Origin: Octopus sinensis
Taxonomy: Eukaryota
Direction of reading: 5' to 3'
DNA length: 64,000 bases
Assembly (NCBI RefSeq): GCF_006345805.1
Contig: NC_043003.1
Span: 53,010,001-53,074,000, forward strand
Below, one piece after another: positions 12,135 through 25,485 of the stretch. How positions within the stretch are numbered: the stretch's first letter is position 1; each line of letters starts with the position of its first letter. Made by a program: the position numbers and the translations under genes. Under the pieces are notes generated by a model. That model saw nothing but the letters and a program-made list of their open reading frames with translations, did no database searches and was not told the origin of the DNA.

Positions 12135-12765
12135 TACCTTTTAATCTGCATATTTGTTACAACCACTCGCCGAAACACACCCAGCATCCTAGGGTGAGTG
12201 AAAGATAAGAGATGTTATTGTATAACTGAAAGCTTGGGTTGGGAAGTGGCAAGGGCAGTAGCAAAATATCTTCATGTAGCACACCATAGACATTTAAATG
12301 TATAGTTTTTTTTTAATGATGTAGGCAGTTCTTGTAAACATAATCTTTTAGATTTCTCTGAGACATGGTTCTCCTGGGAGATTATATAGATGTTTATGAC
12401 ATTCCTTTCTTATCAGACATAGGGCATCTACAATAACAGGTGCAGTTATCGCTTTAAGAGGCCACATCGTTTGTATTTCAATTTCCAAGTCCTTATATTT
12501 ACTTAATTTTTCAAATTCCTTTACAGATATATTTTTATCAGTGGGAACACTTACATCTATAAGTCTAAAAGTATTTTTTCCTCTGTCTTTAATGACTATG
12601 TCTGGTCAGTTAGTCTGGATCCTTCTGTCGGTGTTGACTGGAAAATCCCAGAGGATAGAAACATTTTTACCTTCAACGACTGACTCAGGATGATGTTCAT
12701 ACCAGTAAGTAGGAGTGCTTATTTTGTAGTGTTTCATATTTTCCAATATAAATACAGTCCTCCCT
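12135..12765 (-). mobile_element. Dong/R4 LINE 3' fragment, fourth subfamily
   Basis: Minus strand ILWDFPVNTDRRIQTN*PDIVIKD...DVSVPTDKNISVKEFEKLSKYKDLEIEIQTMW. Confidence 0.85.
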
Positions 12766-12777
12766 ATTATTATTATT

Positions 12778-13033
12778 GAATGAGAGAGCAGTGCATGCCA
12801 TCAAAGTGACACTGGGGTAAAATATACGAAGCCCAGTATACCCATCACGACTACCCGTCTGATAAAGGTACACTAGGCACATGCATCACAACCATAAGCA
12901 AATCTGTGCTATTGAGCAGAATATTTGCTGTAGCCCATCTTTTATACCAAAACAAAACAATGTACATGATGACACTTCCAATCAGTTAAGATCAGAAGCC
13001 ATGAGAGCCACAGTCTGGTACTGAATCAGGGCG
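12778..13033 (-). mobile_element. Internally deleted copy of the ~550-bp unit
   Basis: Same ends as 10423-10975; about 300 bp missing at the junction acaaccat|aagcaaatctgtg. Confidence 0.8.
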
Positions 13034-13072
<39 letters not shown>

Positions 13073-13092
13073 GTTGTTGTTGTTGTTGTTGA

Positions 13093-13145
<53 letters not shown>

Positions 13146-13381
13146 TTATTGGGCTAAAATCAGTTGGTTTGCGGATGGACTCCTGGAAAGCCGGGACGAT
13201 GTCGTCGGACGCCGGACTTACGGACCAGTTAAAGTGCTCTGAGTCTCGTTTGGTCCCGACTTCCAGGTTGATAACAACTGGGACGTGGTGGCGAACAGGG
13301 TGGCCAGTCTTACTCATCATCATCATCATCATCATCATCATTATCATTATTATTATTATTATATCATTATTATTATTATTA

Positions 13382-13418
<37 letters not shown>

Positions 13419-13429
13419 TATATTATTAT

Positions 13430-16400
13430 GTCATAAAACCCCCATAGCTTATTTTGCTGGGTATGATGGAAAGTCTCAGCTCTCCACAGCCAGCAGACTA
13501 AGGTGACACTTTAATACTGGTCATGGTTTAAAAATACTACTAAGAATTCTTGCAGTTCTAAGCAATGCTAATTTTTGTGGGTGTTCTACCTTTACACTTG
13601 CACCAATCTTTTTTTAGTCATGCTGGTAGTTGAGTGCTGATACTTCCAAGTGATCCAATTACTATTGGCACCACGTCTACTCTCCTCATTGACCATGATC
13701 TTCGTATTTCTCACTTTAAATCGTCATAGTTGTTCATTGTATTTTCTTCTTTCTCGTTGATCCTGTTGTCACCGGGGCAAGTTATGTCGATTATCATAAT
13801 ATTCCTTGTTTTTTATTCACCACAACAATGTCCGGTTTCCGATGTCTGGTCAGGTGATCGTACTGAATCATTGCATCCCACAGGATTTTGCAATTCTCAT
13901 TCTCGGTGACTCCTTTCGTGGTTTGCTCATACCAAGTCTTTGCTCTCTCTAGGCCGTGATTTTCACATAACTCCCAATGGATCATTCTTGCCACATTGTC
14001 ATGGCGTCTTTTGTATTCACTTTGTGTTAATTTCAAGCATTCGCTAACGATGTCCCATACTGTTTCACCCTTCTCACCACACAATTTGCATTTGTTGCTT
14101 TCGGTAGTGTTGTCTATTCTGCACTTCAAATAGTTGGTCCTTAACGCTTGTTCTTGAGCTGCGCATATGAGTGCTTCTACTTTCAGGTCACTCCTCCACA
14201 TCCATAACCACCGGTCCTCTGTATTTGTCTTGGCGTTCAGATCTCTTGCGAACTGACCGTACATTTTTTTCTCCTTCCATGCTGTTTCTTTTTGTGTGTT
14301 CATTTCTTCTTTAAACTTTTCTTTCATTATACAATTCTCAGTTTTGATGACGCCGGCCTTCTTTGTATGTTTCACTAATGACTCCACAGCATTTTTTTGT
14401 ATACCACCCCAAATTGTTTTCTTCTGTTTAGATACAGTCCTGGCAACTAATCAAGCCTCTCCCACAAGTACAGCCTATCGGTGTCACTTTTAGGGTGGAA
14501 GGCTCCGTGAACTGTCAACATTTTTCTTGTCTTTGTATCCACTTTCATGACTTCTCTCTTTTGCCATTTTATAATTCCAGCTCCATACCGAAGTGATGCT
14601 ATCGCCCACGTATTAACTGCTTGGATTTTATTCCATCCAGTCAATTTTGAGGGCAACACCAACCTTAGTCTACGGAAATGTTCCATCCTCAGTTGTTCTT
14701 TCATTTCCTTCTCCATTATCTTGTCGCCTTCCGTTTCAATTTGTTTAATCTATTCGGTAATGCTATCCCTGATAGGGACTGTAACTTTCCTCTTTTTAAG
14801 TAGATTATTCCGCATTTCTTGAGACCGAATTCCATTCTGTAATATCAGCACTAAAATAGTGGACCGTGTTCCCGAAGGAACTCACTTCTGTCTCAGCCTT
14901 GCCATACAGTTTCAACTTATTCATGAAGAGGAGGTGGTTGATTGCTTGGGATTTTCCTTTTAGTTGGTATCCCATGTTCATTTTCCTAAGTACCAAGATT
15001 AGGGGTGTCATGCAGAGAACATCGCCCTGGAACATCCCTCTTCTGATACTAAGCTTTTTCCGTAAGATGTCAGTTCAGTTTTCCATCACACCATACTTCT
15101 CTTCAGAAAACACGTTACATTCCTCGTAGTTCCAAACAGATATAAACATTCAATGATCCATAAATGTGGACTTATACCATAAGTTTTGCGATAGTCAGTT
15201 CAGGCCATTCCCAAATTTCTTCTCCGTTTACAATCTTGCATTACCATTTTGTCTATCTATAAATGATCTTTGGTACCTCTGCATCACCCTCTACAGCCTT
15301 TTTATTCCATCGGTAATATATTGTTCTCATCAAGAAATTTGTACAATTCCTCAGCAATTCCTCCTGATAGTAACTTCCACATCAATCGGAGGCAAGAAAT
15401 TGGCCTGTAATTGTCACCAGCATTTACCTTTGATGCATCCTTCAGACACAACACCGTTCATCCTTTTGTCAACCAGCCTTTAAATTGCTCTGCGATTAAT
15501 TTATAGCAACTACTGAAGTTTTTTTTTATCTAAAATCCCTGTCCACCCTCAGGTCCTGCTGCTTATCTTTTTACTAATATTTCTGATACTGTCTTCTCTG
15601 AAGTGGATAGCCCCTTGCTGGGGATAAGAAGCTGTTTGTTTCAAGCTGCAAAAACATTCAGCTGTAGTATTATGTTGTTCTTGCTTACTCCATATCTTAC
15701 CCTAGAAAAGCCGAATTTCATCAGCATCGGGGACTAATCTTTCACGTATTTTATCATCATTAATCTCTTGATAAAATCTTTTTTGGTTGGATCTAAACAA
15801 TTTGCTTTGCTGGATGTGCTTAAACCGTTGTTCAAACCTAACTAGCCTTGCTTTTTTGCAAGTATGTGCTGCTTCAGTTCTTCAATTACAACATTCAAGC
15901 CATGTATATCTACACCATACTTCTTCCTAACTTTTTCGAGTTTGCACTCATTCTTAAGTTCTCCATTTCTTTTCCTGTCAAGTATTGACACTACACTGCT
16001 CAAGGAGTTTATATCTTCTGAAATTCTCCTTGTCCAACAAGATTGTTTATTTCCTCTTCTATTCGTTACTGTTCTGTTCTCAGGAGTTCTCAATCTCATC
16101 CTTTTTGCCACAATACTACCAGAAGCCTTGATAAGATTATTTGTTTGTGTGATGTTCTTTGTTTCAATGTGTCTCAATACATTATTGACTTTACTCGTCT
16201 CTTGATTTAGTCTCCATAGGTTAGCCTTCTTAAAGTCGCACTTAAACTCTGTCCCTTCTGTATTTAGTAGATCCCAAATCCTACCTATTACTGATCTGTC
16301 TTCATTGCTTAAGTAGTCCCTGATCTTAATTCTTTCACAATTCACGGTAGTATATTCTTGCGAACACCTGTCCATCTCTTCCACTACATCACTTTCGTTT

Positions 16401-16735
16401 CTCGTATGCCCAGCATCTCCCGATATCTTTCTTTTTATAGCTTTTAGCTCCAATTCTGTTAACCATTCATTCTTTCGTATTGCCCTTGCTTGGTCACATG
16501 ATCTCTGTTCAGTAATTTCAAACAGATCCATTGCCTTCCATTCATTGTGTATTCATTTGCTATACTCCCTGACAGGCCCGCCATTTGCATCCACTGGGCT
16601 GCTCCGGTAGTAACACGCCTCAACCATCATATTTACTTGTTTACTCCACTTATGTCTTGTAGCAGCATGGCTAGCAGTGACTTGATTACGACCGGGCCGA
16701 GGAACTTGGATGCCAAAATCCATTTAAGAGGATTT
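13430..16735 (-). mobile_element. Dong/R4 LINE, essentially full length (~3.3 kb), frameshifted
   Basis: N-terminal RHKWSKQVNMMVEACYY...TEQRSCDQARAIRKN; RT FQGD, NHLLFM; CKLCGEKGETVWDIVSEC; RRHD; RKPDIVVV; (TAA)n at the 3' end. Confidence 0.92.
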
Positions 16736-16772
16736 TATATTATTGCTTTAATTTTAATTTAATTATGTTTAT

Positions 16773-16845
<73 letters not shown>

Positions 16846-17009
16846 AGCATATAGATATATATGTATGCATGTGCATAGTAAGAGGAGGGATATAATAACC
16901 AGGCTAATACTGAATGTCTATGTAAAAAACCCAAGGCTGGTTCTTTTACACTCTATGTACTTTACACTATATATATTTTATACACACACACACACACACA
17001 CACTCATAT

Positions 17010-17079
<70 letters not shown>

Positions 17080-17192
17080 ATATATATTGATAAAAATGGT
17101 ATGGCGGCGTGGATTTCCACCTCGGCATCCGAAAGTCGGAGTTTTATCATGGCTACCGAATAATTGTCACATATTACATTTACAGATATATA

Positions 17193-17251
<59 letters not shown>

Positions 17252-17281
17252 ATATATATATATATTATATATATATATATC

Positions 17282-17312
<31 letters not shown>

Positions 17313-17349
17313 ATATATATATATATATATATGTATAATATATATATAC

Positions 17350-17535
17350 CACATGAGAATCGTCGGCGATTTTTCTCCCTCCGTCTTCCCTTTGTATTGA
17401 ACTTTCCTCTGTTTCTGAAAAAGAGTTTTGCTCGAAACGTAAAACCACCTTTCTTTCCTTCCCCGAGCGTCTGCTAATACTTTACATGTACAACGTCCTA
17501 GCATTGCTGTTTGTTGTTGTTTTTGGGGATTTATG
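17350..17535 (+). mobile_element. Short non-coding Penelope-terminal-like unit in (TA)n carrying a minimal hammerhead motif (17411-17445)
   Basis: GTTT-CTGAAAA-A-GAGTTTTGCTC-GAAAC-GTA-AAAC; related units at 59690 and 59958. Confidence 0.6.
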
Positions 17536-17544
17536 ATATATATA

Positions 17545-17586
<42 letters not shown>

Positions 17587-17680
17587 ATATATATATATGT
17601 ATATAATATATATGTATATACATATATATATGTATATATATAATATATATATATAATATATATATATACATACAAAGACA

Positions 17681-17716
<36 letters not shown>

Positions 17717-18079
17717 TTTTATGTCTTAAATTTATAAGGTTCATGAACTTATTTTATTTACTTATTTATACTTGTATACTTGTAATCAATTTTGACAAAC
17801 ATATTGATATATAAGGAGTAGTTATATTTATAAATGTGGGAAAGTGGACCTGACGATTGGGAGTGCGTAAACATAATGAGTTTTTGAATGAGACTTTGTG
17901 TCTTAACAATACCATACGTACCCTCATGAAACACGTGTAGTCCGTAATATGGAAAATTTTGGGATTATGAATATAAATAGTAAGTATAATATTTAAGAAT
18001 TTATGGCTTGGTTGAGTTAATGAAGTTGTTGGGGTATCTATCTCAAACACTATTTTGATACACACACACATAAATGTGA

Positions 18080-18285
18080 AGATGTGTGGCCTAGTACTCG
18101 CTAGATCGTGTACCTCATTTCACGTTTTTTTGCGATCATTTCGATATCTGATATATAAGGCACACTTGTGCATTTGTACAACAACGTCGATTTTATAGAG
18201 GAGTGAGCTAATGTACAGCGCATACATTTTATCACTATAAAACAAATCATTTGTGCAGGTCGTTCAGCAGAAACTGATTCCATCA
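18080..18285 (+). mobile_element. Old SINE-like repeat (family D)
   Basis: Tail gagctaatgtacagc.catacattt..cactataaa.caaatcatttgtg is shared with the inverted copy at 48290-48545. Confidence 0.6.
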
Positions 18286-18293
18286 TACACACA

Positions 18294-18352
<59 letters not shown>

Positions 18353-18519
18353 TTCATATATACATATATACAAACATACATATATATATACATACATATA
18401 AACATACATACATACATACATACACACATACATGTATGCAAGTTGTAGGTGCTCGTTACGTATTTGTCTGCTTTGTTTTTAAGTAAAATCATGCGACCAG
18501 TTATAGTAGCTATTGCTGT

Positions 18520-18950
18520 TTTCATGCTCTGCATAATATTTTTCTGTATTTGCACATCTGTATACATGTGAATATTTGTCATATTTCTTCGAAATACATA
18601 TCATTGTCTGCCGAAATTGAGAAATTCATTAGAACGTATTTCTTTTCCTAATAATTTTTGACAATAATATCAACTCGATTTATCTCATTGGCTTGTCCCT
18701 AACAACGATTCCTTTATCATTCCCTGAAACATTTTTCTATTGTGTGATTCTACCATATCGTCTTTCTGGGTATTTCATAAACAACAAAAGCATCATGACA
18801 TAACTAGGCTCTTTACATACAGAATTACTTTTTGAGATACGCTGCTTTTTTGTAGTCATGTGGATTGTGATAGTTTTCATTTCAGTAAAAAACGTGAGTG
18901 TTATTTCTAACTCTTTCAGTCGCTCATTAAGTATTTTTGCAAGCATTTTG
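18520..18950 (-). mobile_element. Highly decayed Dong/R4 RLE fragment
   Basis: Minus strand NRVDIIVKNY*EKKYVLMNFSISADNDM resembles NRPDIIVKD...LIDFSIP.D. Confidence 0.5.
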
Positions 18951-20088
18951 TGTGTATGTTAAATATTTTGACAAGAAATTTGGAGCGTTATTACTTCTTG
19001 GCGTCTTATCCTAGTTTATTTATTTTTTTTGTCTTCCATTAGCTCATTTATATATTCATATATTTTATAGTGTCTGGGACACTTATTGATTATATCTTCC
19101 TAGTCTTTGAGCATAACAAACTTTCTGGGCCCAACCATAGAAGATGTAACTAAGAAATGGGCATAATTTAGAAATAAATCAATGAAGGAGATGGAGACCT
19201 TGAAGTTTGAGTAAGACCAGCAATGGGGTCACCAAGAACGAGAATGGTCAAAATAACAAGTGCAGTACCTTAACAACCAAGGGAGGAAAGTATAATAACT
19301 TAAGTGTCCCAGACACTTGGTAACATTTCTTTGTGATTTTGGGAAAAACTCTTTCGTGGCATTCTTTGATTTTGAATATGTTTTTTTTCTTATATTTCTT
19401 ATGGTAATTAATCACTAGTGTAAGAATTTGCAATAGATGACGCATGACGCAAAAAGCGACACAATGTTACCAATACGTTATGGCATTACAGAGTTACCTT
19501 TTTTAAATTCTTGATATTATTATTTAAAAACATTCATATATAACGCACTTTCAGTGTACAAACGAATGTAGCTCCATGGATCTTGGAAATTGTACTGAAT
19601 TTTGCTTTTGCTTTTGAGATTTATATTTTACTAAGATTATTTAATGTATGGATAGTACTTGCGATATTTTGTGTATGTTTCATATGTATATATATCCTCG
19701 CATTTCAGTTATATATCCGTCCACATTTCAATTAATCATCCCCATGTCATTTATTATTTTGTGGAGTGCTGCTGTTTTCAATATCAACATTCTGGGTATC
19801 ATTATTTCCATCTCTTTTTACTTCGATGATTTCCCAAACTTTTCAAAGATATCTCGTCAACCATTAAAACCAATACATCAAGTTTGAAACTTTTTTCCTC
19901 ATAATTTTTAACAATAAAATATATGAACCGTATGTCATAATCTCTTTGTTTATGTGAATCGACATGTCCCAGAGTGTGGTCTCTGTCATTCTCTCGAACC
20001 ATTGTTTGAAAAGTGTTTCTGCAATATCTTTTCTCTTCATACATCATTAAGTTTCCTTAGTCCCTACCTGTGTCACGTTTTTCTAGAT

Positions 20089-20766
20089 CAGTGGTTCTCA
20101 AACAATGTTTATTTTTTACCTTTCGACTCCTTTGATTCCTATTTTACCCTACAGGGCCCCATAGCCATTTGCAGTTTAAAAAACATCCCATTATATTTTC
20201 ATAATTAAATATTATTAAGAATTGTATGCTCTTTTACTCTTTTACTTGTTTCAGTCATTTGACTGCGGCTATGCTGGAGCACCGCCTTTAGTCGAGCAAA
20301 TCGACCCCAAGACTTATTCTTTGGAATCCTAACACTTATTCTATCGGTCTCTTTTGCCGAACCGCTAAGTTACGGGGACGCAAACACACCAACATTGGTT
20401 GTCAAGCGATGTTTGGGGGACAAAACAGACACACAAACATACACACACACATATATATATGATGGGCATCTTATATATGATGGGCATCTTTCAGTTTCCG
20501 CCTACCAAATCCACTCACAAAGCATTGGTCGGCCCGAGACTATAGTAGAAGACACTTGCCCAAGGTGCCACGCAGTGGGACTGAACACGGAACCCTGTGG
20601 TTGTTAAGCAAGCTACTTACCACACAGCCACTCCTGCGCCTATGAAAAAGAATCCTTAGAATATTTTGTGCAATGTAGAAGTATAACTGATTTATTGCAC
20701 GTTATTTTTAACTAAATCTTATATGGATCCCCCAAGGGTCGCATTGTCCCTGGTTGAGAACCATTG
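20089..20766. mobile_element. Non-autonomous hAT (Charlie-like) MITE interrupted by a SINE
   Basis: TIRs CAGTGGTTCTCAA / TTGAGAACCATTG; 8-bp TSD TTCTAGAT / GTCTAGAT fits the NTCTAGAN target preference. Confidence 0.85.
20229..20641 (-). mobile_element. tRNA-derived SINE family B (CORE-like), nested in the MITE
   Basis: Head ggcgcaggagtggctgtgtgg (A box), ggttccgtgttcagtccc (B-box region), caccttgggcaagtgtctt, tail gactgaaacaagtaaaagag. Confidence 0.88.
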
Positions 20767-21684
20767 GTCTAGATACTATCTTTTGGCTGAAACTGAGCAA
20801 CTAGAAACAAACTTGATTGATTTTTTTTTTCACAACCTGCACATATTTTGTAGTTAAGAGTATTCATTTGTTTCTGGTGGCAACTCTTTGTGCCACTTTG
20901 TTCTGCGTTTCTCACTGCCAGGTGATATTTCATTATCCACTTCCGCTTTTTTCAGTCTTGTCCTGTATTCGTCATGTAGGTTCTTTTCTTGAAAACGTCC
21001 TCTCATAACATTTTGTAATTTGTTGTTTGTTTATCCGCTCCACAACTGTTCGTTGTTTTAGCCTCAATTTCCATTGAAAATGGAAGGGTACATTTATTAC
21101 TTTTTAAATGTTTTTTTAACTGTTTTATTGGTTTCATTCATACTTTACTAAATTATTTTGTTATTCAACAATAGATACCTTATAATCATACTTACAGAAA
21201 ACGTTTTAAATCCTTGTATATGTAAGTTACTAACATTTCAGTCGACCTTTGAGTTGTGTATTCTAAATTCAAGCCATTATTTTTCATATTTGTACGAACT
21301 ACACTTCGCTCCTATATGAGGATATTACAGTCATAATTTATTACTTAGATATATAGAGCATTGATATTTGTCACCTATTTTCAGTATTCATCTTTTCTGT
21401 ATTTATGAAAATTTCGTAATGTGTCGATGTCATTTTTGTATTGTGTGTGTAGTTGGCTCCATCGAGTTCCTTAATGGTGGGTTTTATCAAAATATCTTAT
21501 CCCTACATTTTAGACTGATTTCATTTAGGGGAATGAACTGTCCTCATTACCTCCACAGGCTTTCTCACTCTGGTGTAATCGATGCAGTTTATGTTACATA
21601 TTGCTCTCTGTCATAAAACATCATCATTCAGTTTATATGTACGTGCGTACTTTTCTAAACTGAATTTAAAACTAATTTTTCTGG

Positions 21685-21890
21685 GAGGTAATTTGGCAGA
21701 ATCAGTAGCGCTTCGAGAAAAGAATGCTTTTAGTATTTGTGCTGAGTTCAAAACCGACCGAGGTTGACTTTGCCTTTCCTCCCTATGGTGTTGACAAAAC
21801 AAAATACCAGTTAAGTACCGATGTCGAAGGTATTAACTAACTCACTGTCCTCAAAATTACTCGCCTGCTCCTATACGAGAAAAAGAATTA
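21685..21890 (+). mobile_element. SINE family A (tRNA head plus Meta-like core), diverged
   Basis: tggcagaatc...gagttcaaa...gaggttgactttgcctttc. Confidence 0.7.
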
Positions 21891-22134
21891 TTATTCGTCA
21901 TTTGTAGCTTACAAGTGGATGCTATGTCTCTACAGAAGATGGCTGATTGTCCCTGCACATCTCTTATATACGATTTCAGTCTTGATTAGCAATTTGCTAA
22001 AGGATACAAGCATCAGACAGAAAAGAAGTTCAGAATGTGTTTTATCAGACTAGAGAGGGTTATTGTGCATTTTCGTTCTTTCAGTGACACACTTAAATGT
22101 TGTTATGGTTTGTGGTTTGATATTTTCTAATAGT

Positions 22135-22590
22135 AAAGCGGAGAGCTGGCAGAATCGTTAGGGGTATTTCGTTTGATGTTACGTTCTGAGTTCAAATTCC
22201 GCCGAGGTCGACTTTGCCTTTCATCCTTTCGGGGTCGATTAAATAAGTACCAGTTACGCACTGGGATCGATATAATCGACTTAATCCGTTTGTCTGTCCT
22301 TGTTTGTCATCTCTGTGTTTAGCCCCTTGTGGGTAGTAAAGAAATAGGTATTTCGTCTGCCATTAGGTTTTAAAAGGCGGTGAGCTGGCAGAAACGTTAG
22401 CACGCCGGGTGAAATGCTCAGCAGTATTTCGTCTGTCGCTACGTTCTGAGTTCAAATTCCGCTGAGGTCGACTTTGCCTTTCATCCTTTCGGGGTCAATA
22501 AATTAAGTACCAGTTGCATACTGGAATCGATCTAATCAACTGGCCTCCTCCCTAAAAATGTCGGGCCTTGTGCCTAGAATAGAAAAGAAT
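22135..22590 (+). mobile_element. SINE family A, two adjacent units
   Basis: gagctggcagaa...gagttcaaattccgccgaggtcgactttgcctttcatcctttcggggtcg occurs twice, with different tails. Confidence 0.88.
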
Positions 22591-24479
22591 ATTTTCTAAT
22601 AGTATTGAACGTACTTGTCAGATATTTTCGCTTGAAGTTTGGAATTTTACGATTTCTTCATGCATTATATAATTGATCACATTCTATAGTATCTGAGATA
22701 TTTCTCAAATCTTATGTCTTCAAGCAATTGTTCAAGTGGTTCTTATTATTTCAACAATTCTTGGATGTGAAAATTCAATCGTTCTCTAATATTCCTCTCT
22801 CAAAGTTTTATTTCTTTTCGAGCCTTGTTTCCTTTTTATTAATGCAGAGAATCTATAGCTATAACTATCCTTTCGATCTACAAAAAAGAAAAAAAATTGG
22901 TAGGTTTTTATCAAACTAACCGAGCATTTGCGACTGTGTTTTTTTTATTGAGCGCGTATCCAGAATGAATAGTTTGACATTAGTATTGAAATTTCGAGAT
23001 ACTGTGGCACTCTTCTCATCCTGTATTATCTGACTGGGATGTTCCCAGTATTTAATGCATGAGGTTACTCCGCAAACGATTCATTCCTGGTGAATTCTTT
23101 TAGGCTCTCACTCACCTACTCCACACCCTACAATAGTATGACCCAATGATATTTTAATATCGTTGAATGTGATATCACCACCTCATGGTCTGATATTGAC
23201 ATCAACTTTTCTAACTTTGTCACATTGCTATGGATATCAAATGGAGAGATGGCTGTCTTGAAAACCATGTAACATCACCAAAGAGCCACATGAGCATCCG
23301 ATGAGGAGATCGGGAGCAGATTTGATGTATTGAAGTCGAAGATCAGTACTGTAGTCTCTGAATTCTCCACTTAACAAGACACTGCGTATTTGAAGCCTAC
23401 TTTTATGGAGCATTTAATTTTACAACACTTCTGTATCTCTCTTTTTGATATTGTTAATTGATGTCACTGTTTCTGATAGCACTGTCACTGCTGCTGTTGT
23501 TGCTGTTATTATTGCTGCGGTTATTGGTGTTCTTGTTGTTACATCACCTGCTACAACTAAGAACTGTTCTTGTTACAGTCGATGTCTTGAACATTGTTTC
23601 AACTGTTTGATTTGCTGCCTTTGTTTCTTTAGCTGATGTTGTTATAACGGCAGCTGCTACCATTGTGGTGTTTGTAGTTGCAGATATGTCCAACAAGATT
23701 AGTTTCTCCAGGTGGGCAGTTGCAAGCCTATCGATTTGTTCTGAGTAATCTCGACTACTTTTTACGACATTGTATTTCTAGTTTGCTGCAGATCATCAGA
23801 TTTACTAACAGGTGACACACTAATGTGACAGGGTCTTCCTATGTAGACACTGCCGTTTCCTACTCTGTTTTAAGTGGAATTCTCTCCACAATACACCCGA
23901 CTTCTGAAGGAACATCTCAAGAGCCAAAAGGTAGAGAAGTAATAAGGAAGATAGGCACACGGTAGAGTCATCACGAAAATCAAATAATTTTGGGAGACGG
24001 CCTTTATTCTAACCACAAAGAAAATATTCCAACCTCTGAGCACAGGGCTCTTAGGGTAGCCAACAGATAGTAATAGACAGCCCTTTCGAATGCTTTTGAT
24101 TGAAGGACAATTTCGCCTCGACGTGATGTATTACAAATAGTACCCGGATTCCTTTAAAGCTCGTTCTACTGTCCTGGAAACCACAGGGTTATTGGCCAAT
24201 ATAGTCCTAGATATACAAGAAGAGTTGATGGTCATGATTGATAGGCTGTTAACATCAGTCTGCTCAACAAGGACTGATTTAGAGCCAAAACAAAAAGAAG
24301 AATTTAACAAATTGGTCACCTTTATCGCCTTCATAGTTATTTGAAAGAGTAGTTAATAGATGAGCTGTCGAAACAAAATAAGAATTACATTATGTGAAGA
24401 TATGGGCAAAAGAATTCCATCGTAGACCAACACATAGGTGTTGTAGGCAAAAAGTATTCCTATTCAGCAACTCGATAAT

Positions 24480-25240
24480 TTATAGAGAAGAATCAGCAAA
24501 GAGTGGCCTTCAGGTGAGTCGGATGGAAACTAAGCTGATACATGTCGGAGGTAGCACGAAACCTTCCTCCTCTCCATATTGTCCCCAACGTCGTGGAGTT
24601 TGTCTGCTCCTTCATCTGTCTGGTCTCCACAGTCACCAACAATGGAGACCTGACCCCAGAGATCAACTGAAGATGTGGTCTGGCCGCTGAGGTCACGTAC
24701 TCCCTATAGAAGTCCCTCTGGTACCACTGCTCTATCTCCCAGAAGACTAATCTCCGCATCTACAATGAATCGGTCCTCTCCATTCTCTTAGGAGCAGAAA
24801 CGTGGCCCCTGGCAAAGAGGATCGAGGGCTTTGGTAGCAGAGCCCTGAGGACCTTCGAGAACACCAGATGGTATTACGACGTTTCCAACAAAGAACTGCA
24901 TGCCCACATGCATCAACCTGCAGCCTTCTGACTCATAGCTATCCGTCGGATGCGCTGGAAGGGACATGTCTTCCATCTTCCGCTATATCATACTACCAGG
25001 ACTTTACTCTCATTCGACGCAACAGCTGCAGGATGGAAAAGGACTCGTGGCAGGCTCCGCACCAGATGGCTGGACGTGATTGGAGATCTTCATAGGCTCG
25101 ACGTCACCTTGGAGTATGCAGAAGGGCTGACAAGGGACTGCCCGCGATGAAGAGCACTGGTTAACATAGTCGGCTACACACATGATGACACCTCTGGGAC
25201 CACTAGCCCGGAATCATCCCAGCCCCATCGAGTAAGAGTA
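24480..25240 (+). mobile_element. RTE-clade LINE 3' fragment, decayed
   Basis: LRIYNESVLSILLGAETWPL...RRMRWKGHVFHL...GWKRTRGRLRTRWLDVI is a typical RTE C-terminus. Confidence 0.85.
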
Positions 25241-25304
25241 TGAAGCTAGCCAGCCAGCCAGCCTATCCAACTGAGGCAGAGCTTTTAGAAAAGGTCCCGA
25301 GTTA

Positions 25305-25485
25305 TCTAATCGGTTTCGAGGGAGGGGTTAAGTTGATTACATCGACCTCAGTGCTCAACTGGAACTTATTTCATCGATACCGAAAGGACGAAATACAAAA
25401 TCGACCTCGATAGAATTTTGAACTCAGAAAAAATGCCTTTAATCATTTTGTCAGATGCAGTAACAATTCTTCCAGCTCGCCGCAT
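25305..25485 (-). mobile_element. SINE family A, diverged
   Basis: Reverse complement of the family A core (tcgacctcg...gaactcagaa...ccagctcgccgc). Confidence 0.7.

Noticed and set aside
23800-24360. Possible decayed retroelement coding sequence
   Set aside because: No convincing RT, integrase or endonuclease motif on either strand
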